Below, one piece after another: positions 18,528-26,948 of a stretch of DNA of 64,000 nucleotides. The DNA is taken from assembly GCA_964525455.1 (NCBI GenBank), contig CAZGHP010000001.1, positions 8,766 through 72,765 of the forward strand. Direction: 5' to 3'. Within the stretch, counting starts at the first letter, position 1; every line of letters starts with the position of its first letter. Source of the stretch: an uncultured Candidatus Saccharibacteria bacterium (GTDB lineage Bacteria > Patescibacteriota > SICC01). The notes below the pieces were generated by a model, which was not told where the DNA came from, ran no database searches, and saw nothing but the letters and a program-made list of their open reading frames with translations. The translations under genes were made by a program, and so were the position numbers.

Positions 18528-18600
18528 GGCGGCGATCCATCATCCCTTCTTCGATTCTTACGATTCGAATGAAACCGGGTGATGGGTGGCCGTCTTTTTT
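18528..18600 (+). terminator. Long-stem intrinsic terminator
   Basis: GGCGGC GATCCATCATCC ... GGGTGATGGGT GGCCGTC TTTTTT. Confidence 0.65.
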
Positions 18601-18642
18601 ATGTGGGCGCGCCGCCGTGGCATACGGTACGCTGGAATCCGT

Positions 18643-19428
18643 ATGGACTATTTGTACGCTGCGGTCCTCGGCATCATCCAAGGACTCACCGAGTTCCTGC
18701 CGGTTTCCTCGACCGGCCACCTGGCCCTGGCGCAGGACTACCTCAACCTCAACCAGGCGGTGTTCGGGCTGCAGTTCGACGCCGCGATCCAGCTCGGCAC
18801 CACCGTCGCGGTGATCTGGTTCTTCCGGAAGGACTTCTGGAACCTCATCCGTCACTGGCGGCGCCCGGAAGAGAAGCGGCTGCTGCTCTCCCTGACCGTC
18901 GCCACGCTTCCCGCCCTGGTGATCGGTGCCGGCCTTGAGAAACAGATTGAAGGACCTTTCCGCGATCCCGCGGTGATCGTGTCGGCCCTGATCATCGGTG
19001 CGTTCGTCTTCTTCGCGGTCGAACGGGTCGCTAGGCAGCGCCGCGGCGTCGGCCAGGCCACCTGGAAGGACGCCCTGGCGATCGGATTCGCCCAGGCGTT
19101 GGCGCTGGTGCCGGGCGTCTCCCGCTCCGGCGCGACGATCTCGGCCGGGATGTTGCTTGGCCTGAAGCGTGAAGCCGCGGCCCGGTTCGCCTTCCTGCTG
19201 TCCGTGCCGATCATCACCGCGGCCGGAGGGAAGAAGCTCGTCGAGATTATCCAGGAGCCGGGCTCCACGGACCGGCTGGATGTCACGCTGGTGGGCCTGG
19301 TCGTCTCCGGGATCGTGGGATACGCCACCATCAAATACCTGCTCAAATTCCTGGCGCATCACCGGCTCGACGTGTTCGCCTGGTACCGGCTGGCGCTCGC
19401 CGCCGTGATCATCCTGACGCTGCTGTAA
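18643..19428 (+). CDS. uppP: Undecaprenyl-diphosphatase UppP/BacA
   Basis: QGLTEFLPVSSTGHL, PGVSRSGATI. Confidence 0.97.
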   Translation: MDYLYAAVLGIIQGLTEFLPVSSTGHLALAQDYLNLNQAVFGLQFDAAIQLGTTVAVIWFFRKDFWNLIRHWRRPEEKRLLLSLTVATLPALVIGAGLEKQIEGPFRDPAVIVSALIIGAFVFFAVERVARQRRGVGQATWKDALAIGFAQALALVPGVSRSGATISAGMLLGLKREAAARFAFLLSVPIITAAGGKKLVEIIQEPGSTDRLDVTLVGLVVSGIVGYATIKYLLKFLAHHRLDVFAWYRLALAAVIILTLL

Positions 19429-19438
19429 GCTTGGATAC

Positions 19439-20098
19439 ATGGTCACTGATTTCATCGAATGGGTCTCCGGATTGGCCGTCGCGCTGATCGAAGCGCTTGG
19501 CTACGGCGGCGTCGTGCTCGGCATGGCGATCGAGAGCATCAACGTCCCGCTGCCGTCAGAGGTCCTGATGACGTTCTCGGGTGCGCTGGCAGCGGAGGGG
19601 AGGTTCGATTTCTGGTTGGTGGTACTGGCCGGGGCGGTCGGGAACGTGATCGGTTCGGTCGGTAACTACTACCTCGGTGCCAAGGGCGGCCGGCCGCTGC
19701 TTGAGAAGTACGGCAAGTACGTGCTGGTCCATCACAAGGACCTGGACCTCGCCGACCGGTGGTTCCGGAAGTACGGGTTGGCGGCGGTGTTCTTCACCCG
19801 ATTGCTGCCGGTGGTACGGACGTTCATCTCGTTCCCGGCGGGGGTGTCGCGAGTGCGGCTGCTGCCATTCATCGTCCTGACTTTCCTCGGCTCGTTCATC
19901 TGGTCGGCGTTCCTGGCGTATCTCGGCTTCTACTTCGGCGAGAACTACGAGGAGCAGATCCGTCCGATCTTCAAGCAGTTCGACCTGCTGATCGGCGTAC
20001 TCCTGGTGTTGCTCGTACTGTGGTACGTCGGCCGCCACTTCGATATCCAGGTGATTCCTCGGCGGCACCGCGGCAAGTGGTTCGTCGGCAGGCGCTAA
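19439..20098 (+). CDS. dedA: DedA family protein
   Basis: ESINVPLPSEV, RLLPVVRTFISFPAG. Confidence 0.93.
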   Translation: MVTDFIEWVSGLAVALIEALGYGGVVLGMAIESINVPLPSEVLMTFSGALAAEGRFDFWLVVLAGAVGNVIGSVGNYYLGAKGGRPLLEKYGKYVLVHHKDLDLADRWFRKYGLAAVFFTRLLPVVRTFISFPAGVSRVRLLPFIVLTFLGSFIWSAFLAYLGFYFGENYEEQIRPIFKQFDLLIGVLLVLLVLWYVGRHFDIQVIPRRHRGKWFVGRR

Positions 20099-20103
20099 GG
20101 GCG

Positions 20104-20220
20104 TCGCGACGGTCCGAATCCGGTCATTCAGCCAGGGCGGGAGTGAAGAACATGATGTGAAATCGGTTCTCGCACTCCCGCGCGGGCTGGGCGACCGGAT
20201 TCGTAAGGAGCGCGAAGGTT
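20104..20220 (-). ncRNA. Candidate ~115-nt rod-shaped noncoding RNA
   Basis: Nested inverted repeats; minus-strand promoter TTGAAA-N17-TATTTT at 20254-20226. Confidence 0.4.
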
Positions 20221-20257
20221 CTAGAAAAATAGCATAACTAAGACGCTTTTTCAAATA

Positions 20258-20671
20258 CTAGCGCCGGAACCGGTCGGGGACCAGGTCGAAGGCGAACAGC
20301 GACGCCACGAATGCTCCCAGGAACGTGAGGAACAGCGCCAGCAGGAACGCGGAAAGCCGCGGCCGCCGCCGTACGAATCGGACCACGGCCTTGGTGAACG
20401 AACTGTCCTTGGCGCGATCGGCGTGCTCAAGCGCTTGTTCCAGCAACCGTTCGGCCCAGTGGAATTCGAGCGCCAGCAGGTAGAGTCCGGCCGGAATCAC
20501 CGCGAACGCCGGGCCGGGCAGCGCCAAAAGCAGTAGTCCCCAGATCGTCACGACCACGCCGGCGATGATCGTGAGCCCTCGGACCAGCTTGCTGCGGCGC
20601 CGGTGGTTCACACGGCTCTGGCGGAGCCGCTTCACCAAGCCGAATTCGCGCTTTCTCGGGACTCTTACCAT
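20258..20671 (-). CDS. PGPGW-domain (TIGR02611-like) membrane protein
   Basis: LLALPGPAFAVIPAGL.LLALEFHWA. Confidence 0.8.
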   Translation of the reverse strand: MVRVPRKREFGLVKRLRQSRVNHRRRSKLVRGLTIIAGVVVTIWGLLLLALPGPAFAVIPAGLYLLALEFHWAERLLEQALEHADRAKDSSFTKAVVRFVRRRPRLSAFLLALFLTFLGAFVASLFAFDLVPDRFRR

Positions 20672-20696
20672 GCGCCCGGATGATACACTAATTCCC

Positions 20697-21074
20697 GTGG
20701 CTTCCCGGAATAAGCTTTCGTTCTATTACTTCATAGGTGCCGTGGCACTCTTTGTCATCGGCTACGGCCTGGCGTGGTTCTCGGAGCAGCCGTTGTTCTC
20801 GAAAGAGGTCTTCCCGCGGTCGGAGGAACGGGCCGACGTGGCGCCGCCGCCGAGCGGCACCCCCGCTGCGGACGGAGATGCCCTGCCGTCCGACACCGAG
20901 GCATCCGTCCGTCCCGGCCGGCAGTACGAGGTGCAGCCCGGCGACACGATCAGCTCGATCGCCGGGGCGAACGGCCTGAGCTTCGAGGAACTCGCCGAAT
21001 ACAACGGCATTCCGTACCCGTACAACCTCGCCGTCGGGCAGATCATCGTGATCCCGGAGGGCGGCGATGAGTAA
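20697..21074 (+). CDS. Membrane-anchored LysM domain protein
   Basis: YEVQPGDTISSIA..LAEYNGI..LAVGQIIVIP. Confidence 0.9.
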   Translation: MASRNKLSFYYFIGAVALFVIGYGLAWFSEQPLFSKEVFPRSEERADVAPPPSGTPAADGDALPSDTEASVRPGRQYEVQPGDTISSIAGANGLSFEELAEYNGIPYPYNLAVGQIIVIPEGGDE

Positions 21075-22362
21075 GGCGCAGCGCGGTGCACCGGAGACGT
21101 TCCGGACCCGGGTCCTTAAGAACGGCCTGACCGTGATAACCGTGCCGCGTGCCGGCACCGAGGCCGCGACGGTCAGCTTCCTGTTCCGTGGCGGCAGCCG
21201 GTACGAGACGCCGCGAACCAACGGCATTGCGCACTTCAACGAGCATGCGGTCTTCAAGGGCGGGAAGCGCTACCCTGATTACCGCGCCGTCACCCAGGCG
21301 TTCGACAAGATCGGCGCGATCTCCAATGCGTTTACCGGCGCGGAGGTGACCGGCTTCTGGGCGAAGACGCGGGCGACGCACATCCTCGACGTGGCCGACG
21401 TCTTCTCCGACGTGCTGACCGCCACCGCTTACGACCCGGCCGAGCTCGACAAGGAACGCGGCGTGATCATCGAGGAAATCAACATGTACGAGGACGATCC
21501 GGCCTCCGACCTCTACCAGGTGCTCGAAGCCGTGACGTTCCCGGATCATCCGCTCGGCCGCGCGACGCTTGGGCCGAAGGAGAATATCAAGCGGTTCACG
21601 CCGGATGACTTCCGGACGTACGAGCGGCAGCACCAGACGCCGGACCGCTGCGTGCTGGTGATCGCCGGCAAGGTGGATGGTCTCGACGAGGCGAAGCTCG
21701 ACAAGCTGCTTGGCCGGTTTACCGGCACGAGCGACGTGCGGCCGGAGCCCGCGGCTTTCACGCAGTCCGCACCCCGGCTCCGCGTGAAGTCGAAACCGAC
21801 CGAGCAGACGCACATCGGCCTCACCCTTCGCGCGCCGTCGCTGGCCGACCGGTCAAAGTCGCCGGTTCTCAGCGTACTTGCCCAGCTGCTCGGCGGCACC
21901 ATGAGCTCGCGGCTCTTCACCGAGGTCCGCGAGAAGCGCGGCCTGGCGTACTATGTCCGCGCGATGCCGGACCAGCTTACGGACGCCGGGACGCTCGTGG
22001 TCGCGGCCGGCGTAAAGAACGAACAGGTCGGCGAAGCGATGGAGGCGATCATGCACGAGCTTAAGCGGCTCCGCGACGGAGACCTCGCCGAAGACGAGCT
22101 CGCGATGCACAAGGATTCCCAGATGGGCCGGCTCGCGCTCCGCTGGGAGGATTCGATGGCGCTCGCCGACTTCTACGGCGAACAGCAGCTCCTGCTCGAC
22201 GAGGTCCGGACGACCCAGGAATGGCTGAAGGAAATCGCGGCGGTCGGCCGCGACCAGGTGATCGGCCTGGCCGAGGAAATCATGGTGGGCGAGGGGCTCA
22301 GCGCCGCGGTGATCGGTCCGCACGAGGAGCGGAAGCTTAAGGGCGCGCTGGCGTTCGGGTAG
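21067..22362 (+). CDS. M16 family zinc peptidase
   Basis: HFNEH inverzincin motif, SSRLFTEVREKRGLAY. Confidence 0.95.
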   Translation: MSKAQRGAPETFRTRVLKNGLTVITVPRAGTEAATVSFLFRGGSRYETPRTNGIAHFNEHAVFKGGKRYPDYRAVTQAFDKIGAISNAFTGAEVTGFWAKTRATHILDVADVFSDVLTATAYDPAELDKERGVIIEEINMYEDDPASDLYQVLEAVTFPDHPLGRATLGPKENIKRFTPDDFRTYERQHQTPDRCVLVIAGKVDGLDEAKLDKLLGRFTGTSDVRPEPAAFTQSAPRLRVKSKPTEQTHIGLTLRAPSLADRSKSPVLSVLAQLLGGTMSSRLFTEVREKRGLAYYVRAMPDQLTDAGTLVVAAGVKNEQVGEAMEAIMHELKRLRDGDLAEDELAMHKDSQMGRLALRWEDSMALADFYGEQQLLLDEVRTTQEWLKEIAAVGRDQVIGLAEEIMVGEGLSAAVIGPHEERKLKGALAFG

Positions 22363-22372
22363 ACTGGAGCGT

Positions 22373-22963
22373 ATGAAACACATCAAGCAGGAACGGACAT
22401 TGGTACTGGTAAAGCCGGACGGCGTGGTGCGCGGGCTTACCGGCGAGGTATTACAGCGGATCGAGCGGCGCGGCCTCAAGGTAGTCGCGCTGAAGATGGT
22501 GCACGTGGAGCGCGGACATCTGGAAAGACATTTCCCGGACGATCCGGAATGGATGGCGCGGCTCGGTGACAAGGGCCTCAAGACCTTCGCCGAATACAAG
22601 ATCGATCCCAAGGAACACATGGGGACGGACGACCGCATGGAGATCGGTAAGAAAGTGAAGGAGAGCCTCTTCGAATACATGGCGAGCGGCCCGATCGTGG
22701 CGCTGGTGGTCGAAGGGCTCCACGCCATCGACATGGTGCGCAAGCTCGCTGGCAACACGCTGCCGGTGTTCGCCGACATGGGCACGGTCCGCGGCGACTT
22801 CTCCGTGGACTCGCCGGCGATCGCGAACGTCGAGGGGCGGGCGATCAAGAACATCATGCACGCCTCGGAAACGCCGGAAGAGGCGAAGAACGAGATCGAT
22901 CTCTGGTTTGAAAAGAACGAGCTCCACTCCTACCGGCGCGCCGACGAAGCGGCGATGTTTTAA
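22373..22963 (+). CDS. ndk: Nucleoside diphosphate kinase
   Basis: ERTLVLVKPDGV, SGPIVA, GTVRGDF, NIMHAS. Confidence 0.95.
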   Translation: MKHIKQERTLVLVKPDGVVRGLTGEVLQRIERRGLKVVALKMVHVERGHLERHFPDDPEWMARLGDKGLKTFAEYKIDPKEHMGTDDRMEIGKKVKESLFEYMASGPIVALVVEGLHAIDMVRKLAGNTLPVFADMGTVRGDFSVDSPAIANVEGRAIKNIMHASETPEEAKNEIDLWFEKNELHSYRRADEAAMF

Positions 22964-22964
22964 G

Positions 22965-23393
22965 ATGTCGGATACCGCCGATCAGGATCGCGTACTCCAG
23001 GTCGGAGTGAAGGCGGTCATCACCGACGATCGGGGGCGGATCCTGCTGCTGAAGCGGAGCACGCCGTTCCATGGCGAGGATGTCTTGAAGTGGGACATTC
23101 CGGGAGGCCGGATCGATGCCGGCGAGGAACTTGCCGATGCGCTGGAACGGGAAGTGAAAGAAGAGACGGGGCTCGACCTGGGGTCGATCGACGGCATCTT
23201 CCACGTACAGGACATCCTCTTCAACCCCAAGCTGCACGTGGTCCGGATCACCTACCTGGTGCGTGCGGCCGGCGACGTGCAGTTGAGTGACGAGCACGTC
23301 GACCACCGCTGGGCTTCTCGGGACGAGCTGCCGCTGGATCCGACCGATATCTATTTCGTGGACGCGATCAAAGCGAACGGGTGGATTAAGTAG
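22965..23393 (+). CDS. NUDIX hydrolase
   Basis: PGGRIDAGE..ALEREVKEETGL Nudix box, LSDEH. Confidence 0.92.
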   Translation: MSDTADQDRVLQVGVKAVITDDRGRILLLKRSTPFHGEDVLKWDIPGGRIDAGEELADALEREVKEETGLDLGSIDGIFHVQDILFNPKLHVVRITYLVRAAGDVQLSDEHVDHRWASRDELPLDPTDIYFVDAIKANGWIK

Positions 23394-23411
23394 GTTTATA
23401 CTGCAAGGGTA

Positions 23412-23966
23412 ATGAAGCGGATCAAGGTATATCTTGCTGGCAAAGTGAGTCCCGGATCGCCACACGTGGGCGAATCATGGCGGGAGGAATACTGCGGAAT
23501 ACTGAATGACCGTACCGGCTTGGACATCCAGAACCTTAATCCGTCGCGCGGCACCGTTACCTACGAGGTGGATGAAGGCGATCCCCGGGCTGTCTTCGGA
23601 CGTGACTGCTTCATGATCCAACAATCGGATGTGGTGGTGGTGAACCTTACGGACGACATCAGCGTCGGGGGATCCCAGGAGATGCTCATCGCGAAGTACT
23701 TCAAGAAACTGCTATTGGGCATTGCTCCGGTGGACGGTAAATTCCGCAAGGCACAGGCTGAGATCAGAGGGAAAAAGTACAACGATTACGTTCATCCTTT
23801 CGTGAAGCTTCCCTGCGATGCCATCGTGGACGACATTGAGGCGGTGGGAGACTATCTCGCGACGTACTTTCGAAAACGCCGGAGACAGGTCAAGGATATC
23901 GATGTCATCGACAAGTCGATCCAGTATTACATCGACGATCTGCTAGAGAAAAGCATTGTGCAGTAA
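23412..23966 (+). CDS. Nucleoside 2-deoxyribosyltransferase-like protein
   Basis: KVYLAG, RD...IQQSDVVVV, SVGGSQEM. Confidence 0.75.
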   Translation: MKRIKVYLAGKVSPGSPHVGESWREEYCGILNDRTGLDIQNLNPSRGTVTYEVDEGDPRAVFGRDCFMIQQSDVVVVNLTDDISVGGSQEMLIAKYFKKLLLGIAPVDGKFRKAQAEIRGKKYNDYVHPFVKLPCDAIVDDIEAVGDYLATYFRKRRRQVKDIDVIDKSIQYYIDDLLEKSIVQ

Positions 23967-23971
23967 GCCGT

Positions 23972-24604
23972 ATGAACCGCGATACTCAACTTCTGTTTGA
24001 GATGGGCGCGCTGCGCCGGATGCCGCGGCAGTGGTTCCGATTCTTCGGAGCGGCCGACTTACAGAACATCACGGAGCACACGTTCCGGGTCGCGTGGATC
24101 GCATTGGTATTGGCGACCCGCGAAAAAGCCGGTGACACCGGCAAGGTCGTGAAACTGGCCCTGGTGCACGATGCAGTGGAGAGCCGCTCGACCGACGTGG
24201 ACTATCTGAGTCGACAGTACGTTGATCGGAACGAGGGTAAAGCCGCCAAGGATATCTTTCAGGACACTACCCTGGCTGATGAATTCACGAAGCTCTGGAA
24301 GGAATACGAGGTTCGGGAAACGATCGAAGCGAAGATCGTGAAGGATGCCGATCTCCTGGACCAGGACATGGAGATGCGTGAGCAGACGGCCCTCGGCGTC
24401 CCGATGGAGCGGCTCTGGAAGGAAGACCGTCGCAAGGTCGTCCGGGAAAAGCTTCACACCAAGGCAGCGACGGACCTGTGGGATGAGATTTATGCGTCCG
24501 ACCCTTACGACTGGCACGCGAAAGGCCAGAACCGGTTCCATGCGGGGGATTGGCAGGCAGAACCGCCCGCACAGGAGGAACCGGACGATGTCGGAAAGTC
24601 CTGA
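23972..24604 (+). CDS. HD-domain 5'-deoxynucleotidase-like protein (YfbR/HDDC2 type)
   Basis: NITEHTFRV, ALVHD, EAKIVKDAD.LD. Confidence 0.88.
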   Translation: MNRDTQLLFEMGALRRMPRQWFRFFGAADLQNITEHTFRVAWIALVLATREKAGDTGKVVKLALVHDAVESRSTDVDYLSRQYVDRNEGKAAKDIFQDTTLADEFTKLWKEYEVRETIEAKIVKDADLLDQDMEMREQTALGVPMERLWKEDRRKVVREKLHTKAATDLWDEIYASDPYDWHAKGQNRFHAGDWQAEPPAQEEPDDVGKS

Positions 24605-25211
24605 GCTGCTGTACGCGACCAACAACCCCGGCAAGCTGGACGAGGTCGGGACGTTCCTGCGTGACCTGATGCCGATCGAGTCGCCGAAGGGCCTGGGGAT
24701 CCGGATCGAGGTCGAGGAGACCGGTGCGACGCTCGAGGAGAACGCGTTACTCAAGGCGCGGGCGTTCCGGGCGGAAGCGCCGCCGGAGATTATCGTGATG
24801 GCGGATGATACCGGCCTGGAGATAGACGCGCTGGGGGGCGAACCCGGCGTGAAGGTCCGGCGCTGGCTGGATGGCAAGACCGAAGCGACGGACGAGCAGA
24901 TCATCACGCACTGCCTGGAGCGGATGCGCGGCATTCCGAAGGGCGAGCGCGCGGCGCAATTCCGGACCGTGATCGCCCTGATCCCGCCGGACGGGAGCGA
25001 ACGGCTGTTCGACGGCACCCTGCGCGGGGAGATCGCCGAGGAGGCCCTGCCGCTCCGCATGCCGGGCTTCCCGTTCCGCGGCCTCTTCTTCGTGACCGAA
25101 GCCGGGAAGTTTCTCGGCGAGTTGGAAGATGCCCCGGAGCAGGCCGTTCTGACCCATCGCCAGGCTGCCGTACAAAAAGCGGTCGATTGGCTCCGGGATT
25201 ACAATAAGTAA
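24588..25211 (+). CDS. rdgB: HAM1/RdgB non-canonical purine NTP pyrophosphatase
   Basis: ATNNPGK, ETG.T.EENA..KA, DDTGLEIDALGGEPGV, THR. Confidence 0.9.
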   Translation: MSESPELLYATNNPGKLDEVGTFLRDLMPIESPKGLGIRIEVEETGATLEENALLKARAFRAEAPPEIIVMADDTGLEIDALGGEPGVKVRRWLDGKTEATDEQIITHCLERMRGIPKGERAAQFRTVIALIPPDGSERLFDGTLRGEIAEEALPLRMPGFPFRGLFFVTEAGKFLGELEDAPEQAVLTHRQAAVQKAVDWLRDYNK

Positions 25212-25214
25212 GCT

Positions 25215-25287
25215 GGCCCTGTAGCTCAGCGGACAGAGCGTCTCCGTCCTAAGGAGAGCGTCGGGGGTTCGACTCCCTCCAGGGCCT
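25215..25287 (+). tRNA. tRNA-Arg(CCT)
   Basis: GGCCCTG...TCTCC GTCCTAA GGAGA...TTCGACT...CAGGGCC. Confidence 0.92.
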
Positions 25288-25292
25288 CAGTG

Positions 25293-26021
25293 TTACCAAT
25301 CGATCGGCTTGCGATCGTGGAAGAAGCCGCCGGTCGGGCCGTCGTCCGGCAAGGTCGCCAGCCAGACGGTCGTATCGATCCCTTCCGCGACGGAGCGTTC
25401 GGCGTTCTCGCCGCCGAGGCCGGTCCGCACCCAGCCGGGCGAGGATGCGTTCACCTTGATATCGTCGCCGTCGGTCTCCGCGGCCAGGATCCGGGTGAAG
25501 GCGTTCATCGCCGCCTTCGATGCGCGGTAACCGGCATTGCCGCCGCCCATCGAGGACAATTGGCCCATCCGGCTGGAAACGTTCACGATCCGGCCGTAGC
25601 CGTCGCGTTGCATCAGCGGGAGCAGCGCCTGGGCCGTAAGGAACGCACCGAGCGCGTTCGTCTCGAACGAGTCCCGCAGCGATTTCGTCGTGGCCTTGAG
25701 TGCCGCCGCGTGCTGTTCCGGGTGGTCGTGGTCGAATTCCTCGAATACGCCGCCGGCGTTGTTCACCAGCACATCGCAGCGGCCGAGTTCCTTCTCCACG
25801 AATGCTGCAAGGTCGGCGATGGACCGCTCGTCGGTCACGTCGAGTTGGTGAGGGATGACCAAGAGCCCGTCGGCCGTCAGGCGCTTGACGGCTTGCTCCG
25901 CGTCCTGCGCCCGCCGGGCAGTCAGCACGACCCGATACTTCTTTTCCGCCAACGCCCGCGCGGTCGCGAACCCCATCCCTCGGTTCGCTCCGGTCACGAC
26001 GGCGACTTTCTGGTCTCCCAT
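25293..26021 (-). CDS. SDR family oxidoreductase (carbonyl reductase-like)
   Basis: TGANRGMG, NNAG, YRASK, PGWVRT. Confidence 0.95.
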   Translation of the reverse strand: MGDQKVAVVTGANRGMGFATARALAEKKYRVVLTARRAQDAEQAVKRLTADGLLVIPHQLDVTDERSIADLAAFVEKELGRCDVLVNNAGGVFEEFDHDHPEQHAAALKATTKSLRDSFETNALGAFLTAQALLPLMQRDGYGRIVNVSSRMGQLSSMGGGNAGYRASKAAMNAFTRILAAETDGDDIKVNASSPGWVRTGLGGENAERSVAEGIDTTVWLATLPDDGPTGGFFHDRKPIDW

Positions 26022-26075
26022 GTCCTCACCATACCGAGTCGGGCGCTTTCATAAAGCCTGCGGTAGAATGGCGGC

Positions 26076-26276
26076 GTGCACGCGAAAACGAAAAAGCGTA
26101 TCAACCTGATCATCATCTGGGCGTTGGTCATCCTCTTCGGGGCCAGTACGTTCCTCCTGTACCTGCCGGTCGCCGGACCGGAGCCGACGCCTGCGCCGGC
26201 GGTTCCGGTGACAGACCCCGGCACGGGAGCACAGACGGTCACCGTTCCGGAAGCCGCTGCCACGCCAGGGCCGTAA
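26076..26276 (+). CDS. Small single-TM protein with Pro/Thr tail
   Basis: TAGAAT 6 nt before GTG; basic N-terminus then TM. Confidence 0.6.
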   Translation: MHAKTKKRINLIIIWALVILFGASTFLLYLPVAGPEPTPAPAVPVTDPGTGAQTVTVPEAAATPGP

Positions 26277-26288
26277 CCGCGCCGTGCC

Positions 26289-26948
26289 ATGCAGAATCCG
26301 TTCGAAGTCACGATCCAGAACCAGGCGGACGACGAGGAGGTCGTCCGGACCTGGCGGCACCATCCGATCACGCTGGTCGGCCCGGTCCTGAAGGTCATCG
26401 CCTTCGCCCTGATTCCGGTGGTACTCCTGTTCATCGCCGGCTTCGCGATGTTCTCGAGCCCCTTCCTGTTCGTCGTCTACGTGGTGATCCTGGCGCTGGT
26501 CCTCACCTATGCCGCCTATGAATGGGTCAGCTGGTGGGGCGACGTCTATATCCTCACCAATTACCGGATCATCGACGTGGAGCAGCGCGGCTTCTTCCAC
26601 CGGAAGTTCTCGGAAGCCACGCTCGGTAAGATCCAGGACATCAGCCACGAAGTCTCCGGGGTCTTCGCCACCGTCTTCGACTTCGGGACGGTGCTGGTGC
26701 AGACGGCGGGCTCGCTGCCGAACATCGGCCTCAACGACATCGCGAAGCCCCAAGCCCAAGCGCTGTTCTTACTGAAGGCGCAGCAAGCGTACTTGGAGGA
26801 CGAGGACCATGATCTCACGGCCCAGGAGCTGATCGAACTGCTCGGCAAGCATCGTCGCGACCTGGAGAAGATCGCGGAGGCGGACAAGGAGGTCCGGCAG
26901 GCCGCCGTGGAGAAACAGATGGACGACGCCAAGAAGAAAAAGCGATGA
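26289..26948 (+). CDS. Membrane protein with bacterial PH domain
   Basis: RHHP, YILTNYRIIDVEQRGFF, KIQDI, FDFGTVLVQTAG. Confidence 0.88.
   Translation: MQNPFEVTIQNQADDEEVVRTWRHHPITLVGPVLKVIAFALIPVVLLFIAGFAMFSSPFLFVVYVVILALVLTYAAYEWVSWWGDVYILTNYRIIDVEQRGFFHRKFSEATLGKIQDISHEVSGVFATVFDFGTVLVQTAGSLPNIGLNDIAKPQAQALFLLKAQQAYLEDEDHDLTAQELIELLGKHRRDLEKIAEADKEVRQAAVEKQMDDAKKKKR

Noticed and set aside
11100-18600. Integron with the tyrosine recombinase as IntI and the hairpins as attC
   Set aside because: The recombinase lacks the IntI-specific insertion and looks like chromosomal XerC/D. The hairpins lack RYYYAAC/GTTRRRY ends, and the orphans lie on both strands with their own promoters.
24588-25211. 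HAM1 as part of a Kongming-type defence system
   Set aside because: No adenosine deaminase or Sir2 partner nearby; catalytic motifs look like an ordinary ITPase.
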